From positions 62,001-126,000 of IMG/VR virus record IMGVR_UViG_3300029286_000009: a stretch of DNA of 64,000 bases, one strand, 5' to 3'. Made by a program: the position numbers and the translations under genes. This document shows positions 31,776 to 41,614 of the stretch, piece after piece (positions within the stretch are counted from its first letter, which is position 1; the number at the start of each line of letters is the position of its first letter). The notes beneath the pieces were generated by a model. That model saw nothing but the letters and a program-made list of their open reading frames with translations, had not been told where the DNA came from and ran no database searches.

Positions 31776-32002
31776 GGATAGATCACCAACGCTTTTTCAA
31801 TTTTATGTTCTTTATAGTGTTCGGGATGTAAGTCCATGCAGTCTGTATCAACAGGTTCCATATCAGTTTTATCGAAGAGGCAGACTTCCATTGACCACAA
31901 GGGAGCATAGCTATTTCCTTCCGGGTCTTTAGACACATAGATAGCCATATCGTCAGGTATTTTTTGCACTAATTTCTTTAAGTCCTTTCCGAGGAGTGTC
32001 AT
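31772..32002 (-). CDS. hypothetical phage protein
   Basis: SKDPEGNSY motif. Confidence 0.55.
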   Translation of the reverse strand: MTLLGKDLKKLVQKIPDDMAIYVSKDPEGNSYAPLWSMEVCLFDKTDMEPVDTDCMDLHPEHYKEHKIEKALVIYP

Positions 32003-32040
32003 GATATTTCCTTAGCAATTACGTTGAGTGTTTTTGGTAT

Positions 32041-32061
32041 GGGGAGCTATGAGAGCTCCCC
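32041..32061. terminator. hairpin with the same stem as the 26141 terminator
   Basis: GGGGAGCT-ATGAG-AGCTCCCC in an intergenic region. Confidence 0.5.
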
Positions 32062-32075
32062 TATTGCGTAAAGGT

Positions 32076-32444
32076 TTACATCTCGTTAACAAGCTTAGTC
32101 AACTCATCTACAGACATATCTCGCAAAGCTGCATCCTGCTTTTCTGCAATCACACCCAACAATTTCTGCTTGCGTTCTGACTTTGCTGCGACGTCTCGCC
32201 GGTCCTTCTGCTCCTGCAAGCGGATTCCCACGATGTGTTTCACGAGGGATATCTTAAGGTCGAGGATCTCGTCTTCTTGGCTCTTTATTTCGAGTAGGCT
32301 TTCTTCTTTCTGTGTCTTGATCTGTGCATTCAGTTCCTTGAAGATCGCATCAAGTGCCTTGAGGGACAAATCCCACAAGTCTTCTACTGAACACAGCCCT
32401 TTGTGGTTGAAACGTAACTTCAAACGTGTAGCTTTTTCGAACAT
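32076..32444 (-). CDS. phage coiled-coil hypothetical protein
   Basis: MFEKATRLKLRF..KG..SVEDLWDL followed by a long coiled coil. Confidence 0.7.
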   Translation of the reverse strand: MFEKATRLKLRFNHKGLCSVEDLWDLSLKALDAIFKELNAQIKTQKEESLLEIKSQEDEILDLKISLVKHIVGIRLQEQKDRRDVAAKSERKQKLLGVIAEKQDAALRDMSVDELTKLVNEM

Positions 32445-32462
32445 AGTGATACTCCTTTTGTG

Positions 32463-34505
32463 TTAAAATACGACCTTTACGGTTCGTGTTATATGTCCCC
32501 CCAACTTGCAGACTACTGAGTTTCGTTTGGTCGTGCTAAACCCCAATCCCGATAGCTGGTTTGCGGAAGGTGCGACATGCATTTTACCACCCAGGGCCTC
32601 GAATACCTGTCTGTGCGGCATAAGATCTTCCCGCAAAAACTCGTTGAAGAATCCGTTAGGCGATGTGTCATTAACACAGTCTTTCAGGAGAAAGAAACAG
32701 TGCCGATGCCCGATTCCTGTTTGTGCATCCCAGTAGTTCGGGGAGAACATGCAAACAGAAACTGGTTGGAACTGATTAGTGTTAAGATTCCATATTTCTT
32801 TTGACGAAAGAGAAGAAGGTAAAGATTGGACGAAGTGAATACCCTTTTTCTTGTCAAAAGCTACTTTAGCTACAATAACTCGCTCATCCTGTCGGACTTC
32901 TTTATTATACTCATATGAGTAAACTTGTCCATCGTACTCAATTTCTGCTCTGAATCCGCCTCTTCCCCCGCGGTGTGTGTAGTTGTGAACATAAAAGTCA
33001 TACACACCTTCTTGCATTCTGTCTGAGGAGGTCCATGTGATGTTTTCTACCGCAACTTGGTCCCGGTTAGGGTGGATGATGTCTACGTCTAGCATACCAG
33101 TTGATGAGTGCTTACGCCCTTTGTTATGAAACCAAATGTGGGTCCCATTAGGTTCTTTGCAGTGTGCATCCAAGTCATTCAGATCCTTTCCGTCTTCGTT
33201 CCACTGTAGTGAAAATCTGAGCACCCCTTCGACGTTGCCTCCAGCTGCCTTCACCCGCTCTTTCATGCTGTCAGTGATGTTTCCGTTGTACGCCCATGAG
33301 AAACCGTTATTCCATTTGAAAAGAGTTTTGCTGTTTTTGTTCTGAGGAGCAATCACAGACACTAGATCTGAACTATGGCGGTTTTCCAGAAACACCTCAA
33401 TACCAGTAGTCCTGGGCAGTATCTGCGAAAGAAAGTGTTCAATTGGAACTTCTTCCACTCTATCAAACTGCTTAGGACTAGCGGCTACTTGCTGTTCCAG
33501 CTCTGCAAATATATTACTGCCCATTCGTTTCAGTGCATCTCTGTTAGCGAAAAGGATATTGTTAATCGTAATATCCTCGAGAGTAGCAAATCTCCGTTCC
33601 AACGAATCGAGTAGTCCCAACTCCGCTAGAGTAACTTGTGCCTGTTCAATCATTTTCTTCGTGAAGATCGCCTTAGGGCGTTTATAGTTCGTAGGTGCCA
33701 CGATGGACTCATACTTTCTTACAGCACCAGTTACATCCATTCCTGTTGTGATATCACTCAGAAGAACACCAACAGAATGGTTTCTTATCTTGCCTATAGC
33801 TCCACCAACTTCAACTGACTTACACCAGCAGTAGCAATCTTGTGCATTACTTGGCAAACTATGGTATGTGTTGTGCAAGGACAAGAACTTTGTTAAAGGA
33901 CCTTGCCATTCCTCTCCCCTGTAAAGAGAGTTCTGGGAGATAAGATCAAGAACAGTTTCAATAGCGTCCTTCGATATTTCGTCTAAAGAACGTTTGAACA
34001 CATTCTTTACATCTCGAAACTCCCCCATAAGAGATGCTTCCGATTTAGTTGAGCAAGTGACAAATTGTTTTGGCAGAGTAATCTGGAAATGATCCCACTT
34101 GCAGACACTATTGTTTGTGTGTGAATCATAATTGTGATCTGTCCCGAAGCTGGCAACCTTAGTCGCGAAAACGTCCTTGATAGCACCAGTCTTTACATAT
34201 GCGGACAACGCTTTGACGACTGGTCCATAGGTTGTATCTTCAGTTTCAAAATCCCACACAGTGATGACTTTGCTATTGGAGTCAATAACCGCAACATTTC
34301 CGAACGCACGAATGAACTGCTTGCAACAATTACAGTCGTGTTCCCGTCGCTCTCGAAAAACTTCATTTGTGCCAGGAGGAAAACTGTTGAGGTATATCTC
34401 CCATAATTCATTTTTGTCGATATCTGTTGTGAAGAGTGTTGTATGTTCTTTTAGCAGTGCTGAGACGTGCAACTGCATCAATTTTCTGAATTGCGTGAAT
34501 TCCAT
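32463..34505 (-). CDS. large phage protein with YfaP/DUF2135-like C-terminal domain
   Basis: HDCNCCKQF N-terminus; LRFSLQWN...DLDAHC.EP...LDVD...VENITW. Confidence 0.65.
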   Translation of the reverse strand: MEFTQFRKLMQLHVSALLKEHTTLFTTDIDKNELWEIYLNSFPPGTNEVFRERREHDCNCCKQFIRAFGNVAVIDSNSKVITVWDFETEDTTYGPVVKALSAYVKTGAIKDVFATKVASFGTDHNYDSHTNNSVCKWDHFQITLPKQFVTCSTKSEASLMGEFRDVKNVFKRSLDEISKDAIETVLDLISQNSLYRGEEWQGPLTKFLSLHNTYHSLPSNAQDCYCWCKSVEVGGAIGKIRNHSVGVLLSDITTGMDVTGAVRKYESIVAPTNYKRPKAIFTKKMIEQAQVTLAELGLLDSLERRFATLEDITINNILFANRDALKRMGSNIFAELEQQVAASPKQFDRVEEVPIEHFLSQILPRTTGIEVFLENRHSSDLVSVIAPQNKNSKTLFKWNNGFSWAYNGNITDSMKERVKAAGGNVEGVLRFSLQWNEDGKDLNDLDAHCKEPNGTHIWFHNKGRKHSSTGMLDVDIIHPNRDQVAVENITWTSSDRMQEGVYDFYVHNYTHRGGRGGFRAEIEYDGQVYSYEYNKEVRQDERVIVAKVAFDKKKGIHFVQSLPSSLSSKEIWNLNTNQFQPVSVCMFSPNYWDAQTGIGHRHCFFLLKDCVNDTSPNGFFNEFLREDLMPHRQVFEALGGKMHVAPSANQLSGLGFSTTKRNSVVCKLGGHITRTVKVVF

Positions 34506-34519
34506 GGTAGTCCCTTTCT

Positions 34520-34789
34520 TTAGCCTTCCAGTTCGTTCACTTCGTAATCGTCTATGTATACTTCCGGCTTAAACACTAGTCCGCATCTCGGGCATCTAGT
34601 TGTATCTGGTTTGTCATTGTCACAGTAGATTCCATAAAGTTCTGGGTCAACTCCGTATGTACGTTTGATATAATTGTAGGGGTGCTCGGGGTGGTTCGAG
34701 TCCAGGCAGTCTCTGTTGTAAAGCATTCCTCCGGATTTCCACCACACAGGTATATCTATTTCTAGGGGTGGCACTTTGGTAATAGTCAT
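34520..34789 (-). CDS. hypothetical protein
   Basis: ORF in operon, CPRCG. Confidence 0.5.
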   Translation of the reverse strand: MTITKVPPLEIDIPVWWKSGGMLYNRDCLDSNHPEHPYNYIKRTYGVDPELYGIYCDNDKPDTTRCPRCGLVFKPEVYIDDYEVNELEG

Positions 34790-35055
34790 GGTGACAAACC
34801 CCCAGTGTTTCTCTTGAAGAGTAGTTTAACATAATCCTCTACACATAGTTGCTTGTGTTTATCGTAACCTTCAACAGCTGCTTGTATCTCTGCCGCTAGT
34901 TCATACAATTGGGGAAGCATATCTTGCCCTTCTCTATCCTCAAAATAGGCAGCACTAAGCAGGAGTTGGTGGGCGTTTTGTAGGTCGGCAATTGCTTCGT
35001 GAATCAAGTGCATACTCGAACTTGAGTTTGTTACGTATCTTGCTCGTGCGAACAT
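34786..35055 (-). CDS. TNSSS-motif family protein 12 (helical body)
   Basis: MFARARYVTNSSSSMHLI. Confidence 0.78.
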   Translation of the reverse strand: MFARARYVTNSSSSMHLIHEAIADLQNAHQLLLSAAYFEDREGQDMLPQLYELAAEIQAAVEGYDKHKQLCVEDYVKLLFKRNTGGLSP

Positions 35056-35057
35056 TG

Positions 35058-35444
35058 CTATCCCTCATATCCTGTGTACCAGCCCAACCATGTGGGCTTC
35101 TGGTTTTCTACCCCTAAGACTCTGCAGGCGTCCTTAATTGTTTTATCCCAGTTTTCCTTAACACCAAGCTTAAGTTCAACACACCCATACTCAATATCTT
35201 GCCTGGATTTACTGACTACCATTACAGCGGCGTCCGACTCAGCCGCAATCCAAAATTCTACTTTAATGTCGCCGTAAGGTATTCCAGACAACTCCTCATA
35301 ATAATCTTCCCAGTATATCCTGTTACCGTTTTCATCACGTAGTTGTTCCTCGGAATCATCTGTAGGATATCCTGAGAGGGTTATCCCATAAGCAATAAAA
35401 GCAGTTGAGGAACTATTTGTTATAAATTTACGTCGTGTATACAT
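35058..35444 (-). CDS. TNSSS-motif family protein 13
   Basis: MYTRRKFITNSSSTAFIAYG; close paralog of 29265-29645. Confidence 0.8.
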   Translation of the reverse strand: MYTRRKFITNSSSTAFIAYGITLSGYPTDDSEEQLRDENGNRIYWEDYYEELSGIPYGDIKVEFWIAAESDAAVMVVSKSRQDIEYGCVELKLGVKENWDKTIKDACRVLGVENQKPTWLGWYTGYEG

Positions 35445-35451
35445 AATTGCC

Positions 35452-35787
35452 TCATCTTTGTTCTAATTCGGGAGCTAATATTTCATATTGGTTGAGGTCT
35501 TCTTGGTAATCAATAAACCAACCAAATTTTTCCAGCATAATGTTTATTTCTTGCTCCGCTTCTTGTACGCTCTCTTTCATTGTATAGAGTGTGTTCACCA
35601 GAGTTTGGAGTTCCCCGAGGATCTGTTCGTTGGGTTCCTCGTCAGACTGTATACATTCTCTGAATTTACACAGGAGACTGGTGGCTGCGATAGGTGCTGC
35701 CCACAAGTATGTTTGCAACTTATGTAGTTCTTCAAGTATAATTTTTGTTGTTTCGTACCCAAAGCACGCTTTCTCAGATGTCATCAT
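35452..35787 (-). CDS. hypothetical coiled-coil protein
   Basis: ORF in operon. Confidence 0.5.
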   Translation of the reverse strand: MMTSEKACFGYETTKIILEELHKLQTYLWAAPIAATSLLCKFRECIQSDEEPNEQILGELQTLVNTLYTMKESVQEAEQEINIMLEKFGWFIDYQEDLNQYEILAPELEQR

Positions 35788-36040
35788 TGTCCTGTATCAT
35801 TCCTTTCTTCTTGAGCCACTCGATGGTTTCTGCTTCAGTGAAACCTACAGTAAATCCGCATTCAGCACAAGCATAATCTAACACTTTGGCTACATCGGTT
35901 TCAAGGATACATCCTTCGCCTAAGCGGTCAAAGTCATCGTAAGTTTCTACACCTATTAGTTCTACTGCTTTACGTTCTAGTCGGTAGACACACAGCATGT
36001 TGTACCCACATCCTGGGCACTCAAAGTTAATTATTCTCAC
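35774..36040 (-). CDS. zinc-ribbon paralog A
   Basis: FECPGCG...YACAECG...EWLKKKGMI. Confidence 0.65.
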   Translation of the reverse strand: MRIINFECPGCGYNMLCVYRLERKAVELIGVETYDDFDRLGEGCILETDVAKVLDYACAECGFTVGFTEAETIEWLKKKGMIQDNDDI

Positions 36041-36115
36041 CTTAAATCTCCTATAGGTTCTAAGATGGTGACGATGATTTCAGGACTGCGTCTCCTGATA
36101 TACTGATCGTCAATC

Positions 36116-36496
36116 TCAATTAAGATTTTCAATTCGTTCTCCAACAACCTCTACTTTATCGGGCCAAAGGATGCCAGTGCACGGAGCATAATCTGGGTTC
36201 TTGTTCTGCTTATCAAGCTCTTCAATAAGTTTGTCTCTTGCCTCCGCTCGGGTGTTAAACGACCTTGAACATGTTACGATATGCCCATATTGGTCGTATA
36301 TCTCGAAACAGAAACCAGAAAAATCGTTTGCCATGATAAGTTTAGTGTTTCGTATCTGTTGTATCTCTGGAACACGTGGGGATTCTTTCCAACTACACTC
36401 ACGACAGCCACGCTGAAGCTTTCTGCCGGATCCCCATTGGTCGTAGATATTGGTAGATTCGCAGCTAGGACATTGGGTTAGTTCTTTTATTCCCAT
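36116..36496 (-). CDS. zinc-ribbon hypothetical protein
   Basis: CPSC...CRECSW. Confidence 0.55.
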   Translation of the reverse strand: MGIKELTQCPSCESTNIYDQWGSGRKLQRGCRECSWKESPRVPEIQQIRNTKLIMANDFSGFCFEIYDQYGHIVTCSRSFNTRAEARDKLIEELDKQNKNPDYAPCTGILWPDKVEVVGERIENLN

Positions 36497-36783
36497 TGTT
36501 ACCTCATAAATCCTCTTTCCTTACTGATCGGGGAAAAACTATTAGTTTTGGACTTAAATAAGCAATTCTTTTGAAGTTTTATTTTTGCTCCTCATCATCC
36601 CATACTATCTTTCTATATCTAATTATCTCATCATCTACAGCATGAATAGGCTCATAGGATACGCGTCGCCTGTTTATTTTCGTGTCATCTATAGCGTAAT
36701 CGAACTCTTCATAAATCTTATTGGGGTTCATATTTTCTACCTTCCAACCTTTTCAAAAGTTTTTTTAGTTTTGGTCAGCGTCT

Positions 36784-37041
36784 TCAACTCTTTTCCAACA
36801 TGTCATTGGTTTTCAACCATTCTATTGCTGTTATTTCAGAGTTACCAATACCATATCCGCATAACTCACATTCGTAGCCCAACACATCAACAACATCTGT
36901 TTCTAGAACGTCTCCTACTACCAACCAGTCGCTGTTGTTGTGTGTGTCTAAGTCTGTGATGTGTATCGTCTCGTAAACTGTTTGGACTGAGCAGAGGACT
37001 TCACCCCTACACCTTGGGCATACAAATTTAATTCTGCTCAT
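36784..37041 (-). CDS. zinc-ribbon paralog B
   Basis: FVCPRC...YECELCG...EWLKTNDML. Confidence 0.65.
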   Translation of the reverse strand: MSRIKFVCPRCRGEVLCSVQTVYETIHITDLDTHNNSDWLVVGDVLETDVVDVLGYECELCGYGIGNSEITAIEWLKTNDMLEKS

Positions 37042-37372
37042 TGTTCACCTTAACTAATTCAAGCTGCTTCTGTTCCCATTCTGGTGTATACCATTGTAAA
37101 GCCATACCTCTTTCCATTAACCATTTATAGAGTTCTGCTTCCCCGTACGCAAACTGGGTACAACAATTTGCACATTTATACAGTGGCATAGCATGCGTGT
37201 TTCTATTTTCTGGACCTCCGCCGTCATATGATACGCCAAAATCTTTTTCATCTAATGTTGATATTCTCTCGACGATTTGTGTTTGGACAATCGTTCTTTC
37301 TTCATGTAAAATGGTCTTGCCGCATTCAGGACATACAAAATAAATATCTCTTGGGTAATTATTTTTGGTCAT
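37028..37372 (-). CDS. zinc-ribbon paralog C
   Basis: FVCPECG...YKCANC...KWLMERGM. Confidence 0.65.
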   Translation of the reverse strand: MTKNNYPRDIYFVCPECGKTILHEERTIVQTQIVERISTLDEKDFGVSYDGGGPENRNTHAMPLYKCANCCTQFAYGEAELYKWLMERGMALQWYTPEWEQKQLELVKVNNEQN

Positions 37373-37631
37373 TCTCTATCATTCCTTGCTCTTCCAGCCA
37401 TTCATAAAGTTCTGTTTTAGTTGTGGCTATTGGTTCTAAACAGCAACCACACATATATTCTTTCAAGCCTTGCAGATCAATTATAGGTTCCTGATTTGGA
37501 CCTACTTCAAAATTTATATCTTCATCAATATCTTTTTCTACTGTGTCTATAGTGTATCGGACTTCGGCGTAAGAAACTTCTTCTAATATGTTCTCGCCAC
37601 AATGTGGACATTTGAATTCAATCAATGACAC
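37359..37631 (-). CDS. zinc-ribbon paralog D
   Basis: FKCPHCG...YMCGCC...EWLEEQGMI. Confidence 0.65.
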   Translation of the reverse strand: MSLIEFKCPHCGENILEEVSYAEVRYTIDTVEKDIDEDINFEVGPNQEPIIDLQGLKEYMCGCCLEPIATTKTELYEWLEEQGMIENDQK

Positions 37632-38175
37632 TTTTTATTCCTTGCTTAGCATAGTATTCAATAAGGTTTTGTATCCGGCTAGTCACCTCATCTATGTGCC
37701 AGAGTTGGAAATTGTTTGCATCAACGCCCGCGTCGAAAGAAAGCCCATATGGGTCTAACTTGTTGTGGCTATGCCCAAACAGGTGCCATGATCCATGGAA
37801 GGAGTTCTTCCAGGAACGATGTGCATAATGGCTCATCCATATGCCTGCTTGGTTAAAGCCAGTTAGCCATAGCACATCTTTAACCGCTTCCCAACCCATA
37901 TGGGTGGTAGGAGCTTTATCATGGTTGCCCAATATTAGGACCTTCCTACCTTTCAATCTAGCAAAAATTTGGCGGGGGTCTACAATAAGTGTGCTCGAGA
38001 AGAAAGCGAAGTCCCCCAGGTGATAAACTATATCTGAGGGACTTTCTATTCTCTTATTCCAATTCTCAATTATTGTTTCATCCATCTCATCTGCACAAGA
38101 GAATGGGCGGTTAGAGTGTCGTATTATGTTTGTATGCCCGAAGTGGGTGTCTGCGGTGAAAAAGATATTTGCCAT
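37618..38175 (-). CDS. calcineurin-like metallophosphoesterase
   Basis: DTHFGH, GDF, GNHD, GHSH. Confidence 0.9.
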   Translation of the reverse strand: MANIFFTADTHFGHTNIIRHSNRPFSCADEMDETIIENWNKRIESPSDIVYHLGDFAFFSSTLIVDPRQIFARLKGRKVLILGNHDKAPTTHMGWEAVKDVLWLTGFNQAGIWMSHYAHRSWKNSFHGSWHLFGHSHNKLDPYGLSFDAGVDANNFQLWHIDEVTSRIQNLIEYYAKQGIKSVID

Positions 38176-38178
38176 AAG

Positions 38179-38601
38179 TTACTCATAAGAGATGTAGAAC
38201 CAACCAGGTCCCACTAAGATGCATGCATTTCTTTCATTTAAGGCCGCTTGTAGTTCACGATACCAAGCAGAATAGGTTGCACCATCACGGGGTGCGTTCA
38301 CATGCCATGTCATATCAGTTACAGTTTTTGCTCTCCACTGGTCGTCTTCACGAATTAATTCTTGCGATAAGATGCGGGTGTTTCCGTCGATAGTATAATT
38401 GTAGCACTCTTCGAAGGAATCTGTGTGCCCCACAAAGAATAGCCCACCACCCCTACTCTCCTTGAACAGATTACCTTCAGTAGTGTTACACATAATTTCT
38501 AGTTTATCTAGCCCGTCATACGTAGCTTTGTCTACTAATACTCCCCACGCGACAAACCCCGTTGAGGAGGAGTTAGTTATAAATGCGTATCTCTTGAACA
38601 T
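38179..38601 (-). CDS. TNSSS-motif family protein 14
   Basis: MFKRYAFITNSSSTGFVAWG...GPGWFYI. Confidence 0.8.
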   Translation of the reverse strand: MFKRYAFITNSSSTGFVAWGVLVDKATYDGLDKLEIMCNTTEGNLFKESRGGGLFFVGHTDSFEECYNYTIDGNTRILSQELIREDDQWRAKTVTDMTWHVNAPRDGATYSAWYRELQAALNERNACILVGPGWFYISYE

Positions 38602-38609
38602 TGTTTTTC

Positions 38610-38942
38610 CTAAGGTATAAGTTTTCCATACCATTGCGGAGAGTCAGAAGGACAATTGGCAGTCAAGATCGTAAAGAAGTCGAAAAAGTGTGCTGCCCAA
38701 TCGTGATATTCATCAGCACCGATCCGCATATCCTGCAAAGCAACATTACCAGCATCAGGTCCTACCTCAAATACGGATGCTCCAACATATACAATATCCC
38801 CATCAACTTGGATAGGAAACTGGTGATCCTCTGCACTATGATACTGCTCGCGTGTACGCCGGACGTATTTTCTGTATTCCTCAATGCTGGGTTTAAGATC
38901 AGTAGCAATTTTATAGCCATACATAAAACGAAAAGATGCCAT
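38610..38942 (-). CDS. hypothetical protein, possible tag-less relative of the TNSSS family
   Basis: MASFRFMYGY...SPQWYG. Confidence 0.5.
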   Translation of the reverse strand: MASFRFMYGYKIATDLKPSIEEYRKYVRRTREQYHSAEDHQFPIQVDGDIVYVGASVFEVGPDAGNVALQDMRIGADEYHDWAAHFFDFFTILTANCPSDSPQWYGKLIP

Positions 38943-38947
38943 TATTA

Positions 38948-39379
38948 TTACCCCGCGAATATAGCATGTTCTTTTACGTGCTTCCCGTCGAAACACCATT
39001 GCCACATATATCCATCTTCTCCTGTCATGTTGATATAGGACCCATTTCTCACAAAACGAGCGATTATTTCGAATAGCAATTCTTCCTGTCCTATTTTCTC
39101 CCCTGTAAATTCTAAACTCACAATGTTACCTGCGACATCCAGGATAGGTTTCCATCTGAACTCTTCGAGTACTTCTTCGATTGCCTGTGCCTGTTCTAAT
39201 ACAGAATTACTGGTCCAAGAAAACCAGTATTTTACTTTCTCACCGTTTTGCCAACCCCCACCGTCCCCCAGAGTTTTCACTTTTGCTAGCATTTCTAATC
39301 TAAATGCGGATAAAGCTGCCTGTTTATCATGGCAGCCCATAAAAAAACTGATTTCACGTTGAGTCATCGAGTATCCCAT
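38948..39379 (-). CDS. hypothetical phage protein
   Basis: MGYSMTQ...FTGEKIG...GEDG..WQW. Confidence 0.55.
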   Translation of the reverse strand: MGYSMTQREISFFMGCHDKQAALSAFRLEMLAKVKTLGDGGGWQNGEKVKYWFSWTSNSVLEQAQAIEEVLEEFRWKPILDVAGNIVSLEFTGEKIGQEELLFEIIARFVRNGSYINMTGEDGYMWQWCFDGKHVKEHAIFAG

Positions 39380-39588
39380 TATTGCTTCTCCTTGCGTGGT
39401 TCTTGTGCGGTTGGGGCATTGGGCACCTGAGTATTGGATATCTCTTTCGTGATAGGGCACTCGGGGCACACCCACGACTGAATGTCTTTCTTTAGACCGT
39501 CAAACATTGCACAACTACTTAGCATGAGTGTGGCTACTATTATACATAGCAGTGTCTTCATTATTCTTAGCCTTATACGACGAGCCAA
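39379..39588 (-). CDS. small putative lipoprotein
   Basis: MKTLLCIIVATLMLSSC lipobox. Confidence 0.5.
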   Translation of the reverse strand: MARRIRLRIMKTLLCIIVATLMLSSCAMFDGLKKDIQSWVCPECPITKEISNTQVPNAPTAQEPRKEKQ

Positions 39589-40058
39589 TCAAAAATGGTC
39601 GGGTCGTGATGAAATATTTGTTGAAAAGGTTGAGCTAATAATTCTTTCAGGTGATTAATTCTGTAGGGGCTTTGCCCCTCTGCCAGAGCTTTTTCGAGTG
39701 CAAACTCTAGCAGTCTTTTCCATCGATCTTTGTGCTGCAAGATGGTATAATAGATGTGAGAATCTTTGGTTCTATGTCTAAGCCACCCCATATATCCGCG
39801 TGAGGCTAGCTCTACAAACAATGCTTCGGCGTCAAGTTTCTCCACAGAAGTTATCTCAAGCACTTTATATGATTCGGTGTCGGGAGGCTCTACATTTGAA
39901 AGCCTAAATCTTAATCCAAAGAGTGGGATATCCACGAAGCCCACACTAGGCATACTGATTAGTGGGGCAAGAAGAAAACCCTGCAACTCATGTTTGAGCT
40001 GCAGGGCTAGTTTGTTAACTTGCTCTGCTTCTTTGTTACGAACTGTGTGTGTTGGCAT
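39573..40058 (-). CDS. hypothetical protein
   Basis: ORF in operon. Confidence 0.5.
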   Translation of the reverse strand: MPTHTVRNKEAEQVNKLALQLKHELQGFLLAPLISMPSVGFVDIPLFGLRFRLSNVEPPDTESYKVLEITSVEKLDAEALFVELASRGYMGWLRHRTKDSHIYYTILQHKDRWKRLLEFALEKALAEGQSPYRINHLKELLAQPFQQIFHHDPTIFDWLVV

Positions 40059-40260
40059 GTCTTAACCGGTAAGCTTCTTTTACGGTAGCATCAGATTTGT
40101 TCCCTATCTTACCTTCTTTACGCAATCGAGTCATTTTACGCTCAATACTCGCTTGTGAGTGTCTCGGGAATAGTTTGACTAACTCTTGGACGGGCAAATC
40201 ATAGCTCTTAATCAATTCTATTGTCTCCGATAAAGTCCAAGCCATTCTGTGTCCTGCCAT
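40036..40260 (-). CDS. small HTH-like protein
   Basis: WTLSETIEL...FPRHSQASIERKMTRL. Confidence 0.5.
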   Translation of the reverse strand: MAGHRMAWTLSETIELIKSYDLPVQELVKLFPRHSQASIERKMTRLRKEGKIGNKSDATVKEAYRLRHANTHSS

Positions 40261-40852
40261 ATGTCCTCCTATTATGCTGGAATGTCACTGAAAGTAGGGG
40301 CACACTGTTTATAACCAACCCAGCGGTTGTTCAAGAATGTTATTACGTGCCGTTACTATCTTCCGCGGGGGCAGTAGAGGAAGCAGGCAGGCTATTAATC
40401 ATGTCTTTAACGCGTGACCCTACTTTGACAAATCGATCCACGGACCGCACTACAGACACGAGTAATGCCTCATCTAGCTCTCGAAGAGTATTAAACATAT
40501 CTACTTGCTCAAGTCTCCACTCCCATGTAATAGAGGCACGATAATTGTCATTAATATTTTTAATGCTACCGTCAGCCAGAGTGATTGTGCTTGGTCTACA
40601 CTTTGCTATACTAATGTCTCTGATAAGACCCTCATCTATTAGTTGAAGAATGACAGGAGTCATCCCACTCTCCTTTTTATTTACGATAGGCGTTCAATCC
40701 GAGCCATAAGTTGTCTTCGTCCGGAACCAGTTTGTTACCTCCTGAAGAAGCCACAATAATTGTCTTTCCAGTTTTGGAAGGACCAAATGTTTTCTTAGTA
40801 TCAATTTTGATGTGCAAAACTTTGTCGTCGTCCATTGTCATTTCAACATTTT

Positions 40853-41614
40853 TCATGCTCTGATTTCTCCATTGGTGTCAAGATCAATGATTGCGTTATT
40901 TACCAGTTCAACCAGTCCCGCATGCCGCGGGCCAGTTGAAATTAGAGAGTTTCTTCCCCACAACTGTGTGATAGCACCATGGAATCCGTATAGGCTATCA
41001 TCATAATGTGCTAGGTTTTCATCATTCTTCTTCTCAAAGAATAGCTGATAAAACTTTGCGAAGCTACCTTCTGGGAGCACGTTGTTTTCCACAGCACGAA
41101 AGGTCAGTGCCTGTGCGCTTCGTTTTGTTATCTTGTAACTTTGCAGACCCATATGCCATTGTTCAAAGGTTTCCAGTTTATCTGCCACTGCTCGTATCGC
41201 TTTTTGTGCAGATTCCTTGAGGATATTGATAGTAAGTCTTCCGTAGTGCACGTGGTAAGAAATGAACTCTCCACTGAACAAGAGGTTGTCACAAACAGTC
41301 ACGCGTCGCCCCGCAGTGATTCCGGCTGCCAGAGACTTATCTATACTGTTACGGCACCCTATCATGCGTGTGCCCACAGCGTCACCAACATCTAAGGTGA
41401 GCACCCCGAACATCTTACCCCCATTCTTAGATAGGGAGAATTCTTGGTGAATAACCCGGTAACCATTATCTGCTATTGCGTCGGTGAGCAAATCCACGAA
41501 TTCGCCGTGCCCTATAGTCCCCCAAGTACGAGTACGTTCGGGTGTAGGTATAGCCTTTACTGCGTTGTAATCCGTCCTATTTGTGTCAATATGCGCGATG
41601 AGTCCTGCCATCAT
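40853..41614 (-). CDS. DUF932-like phage protein
   Basis: PTPERTRTW..IGH, RNSIDKS, RVTVCDNLLF, H, SLYGFHGAIT. Confidence 0.65.
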   Translation of the reverse strand: MMAGLIAHIDTNRTDYNAVKAIPTPERTRTWGTIGHGEFVDLLTDAIADNGYRVIHQEFSLSKNGGKMFGVLTLDVGDAVGTRMIGCRNSIDKSLAAGITAGRRVTVCDNLLFSGEFISYHVHYGRLTINILKESAQKAIRAVADKLETFEQWHMGLQSYKITKRSAQALTFRAVENNVLPEGSFAKFYQLFFEKKNDENLAHYDDSLYGFHGAITQLWGRNSLISTGPRHAGLVELVNNAIIDLDTNGEIRA

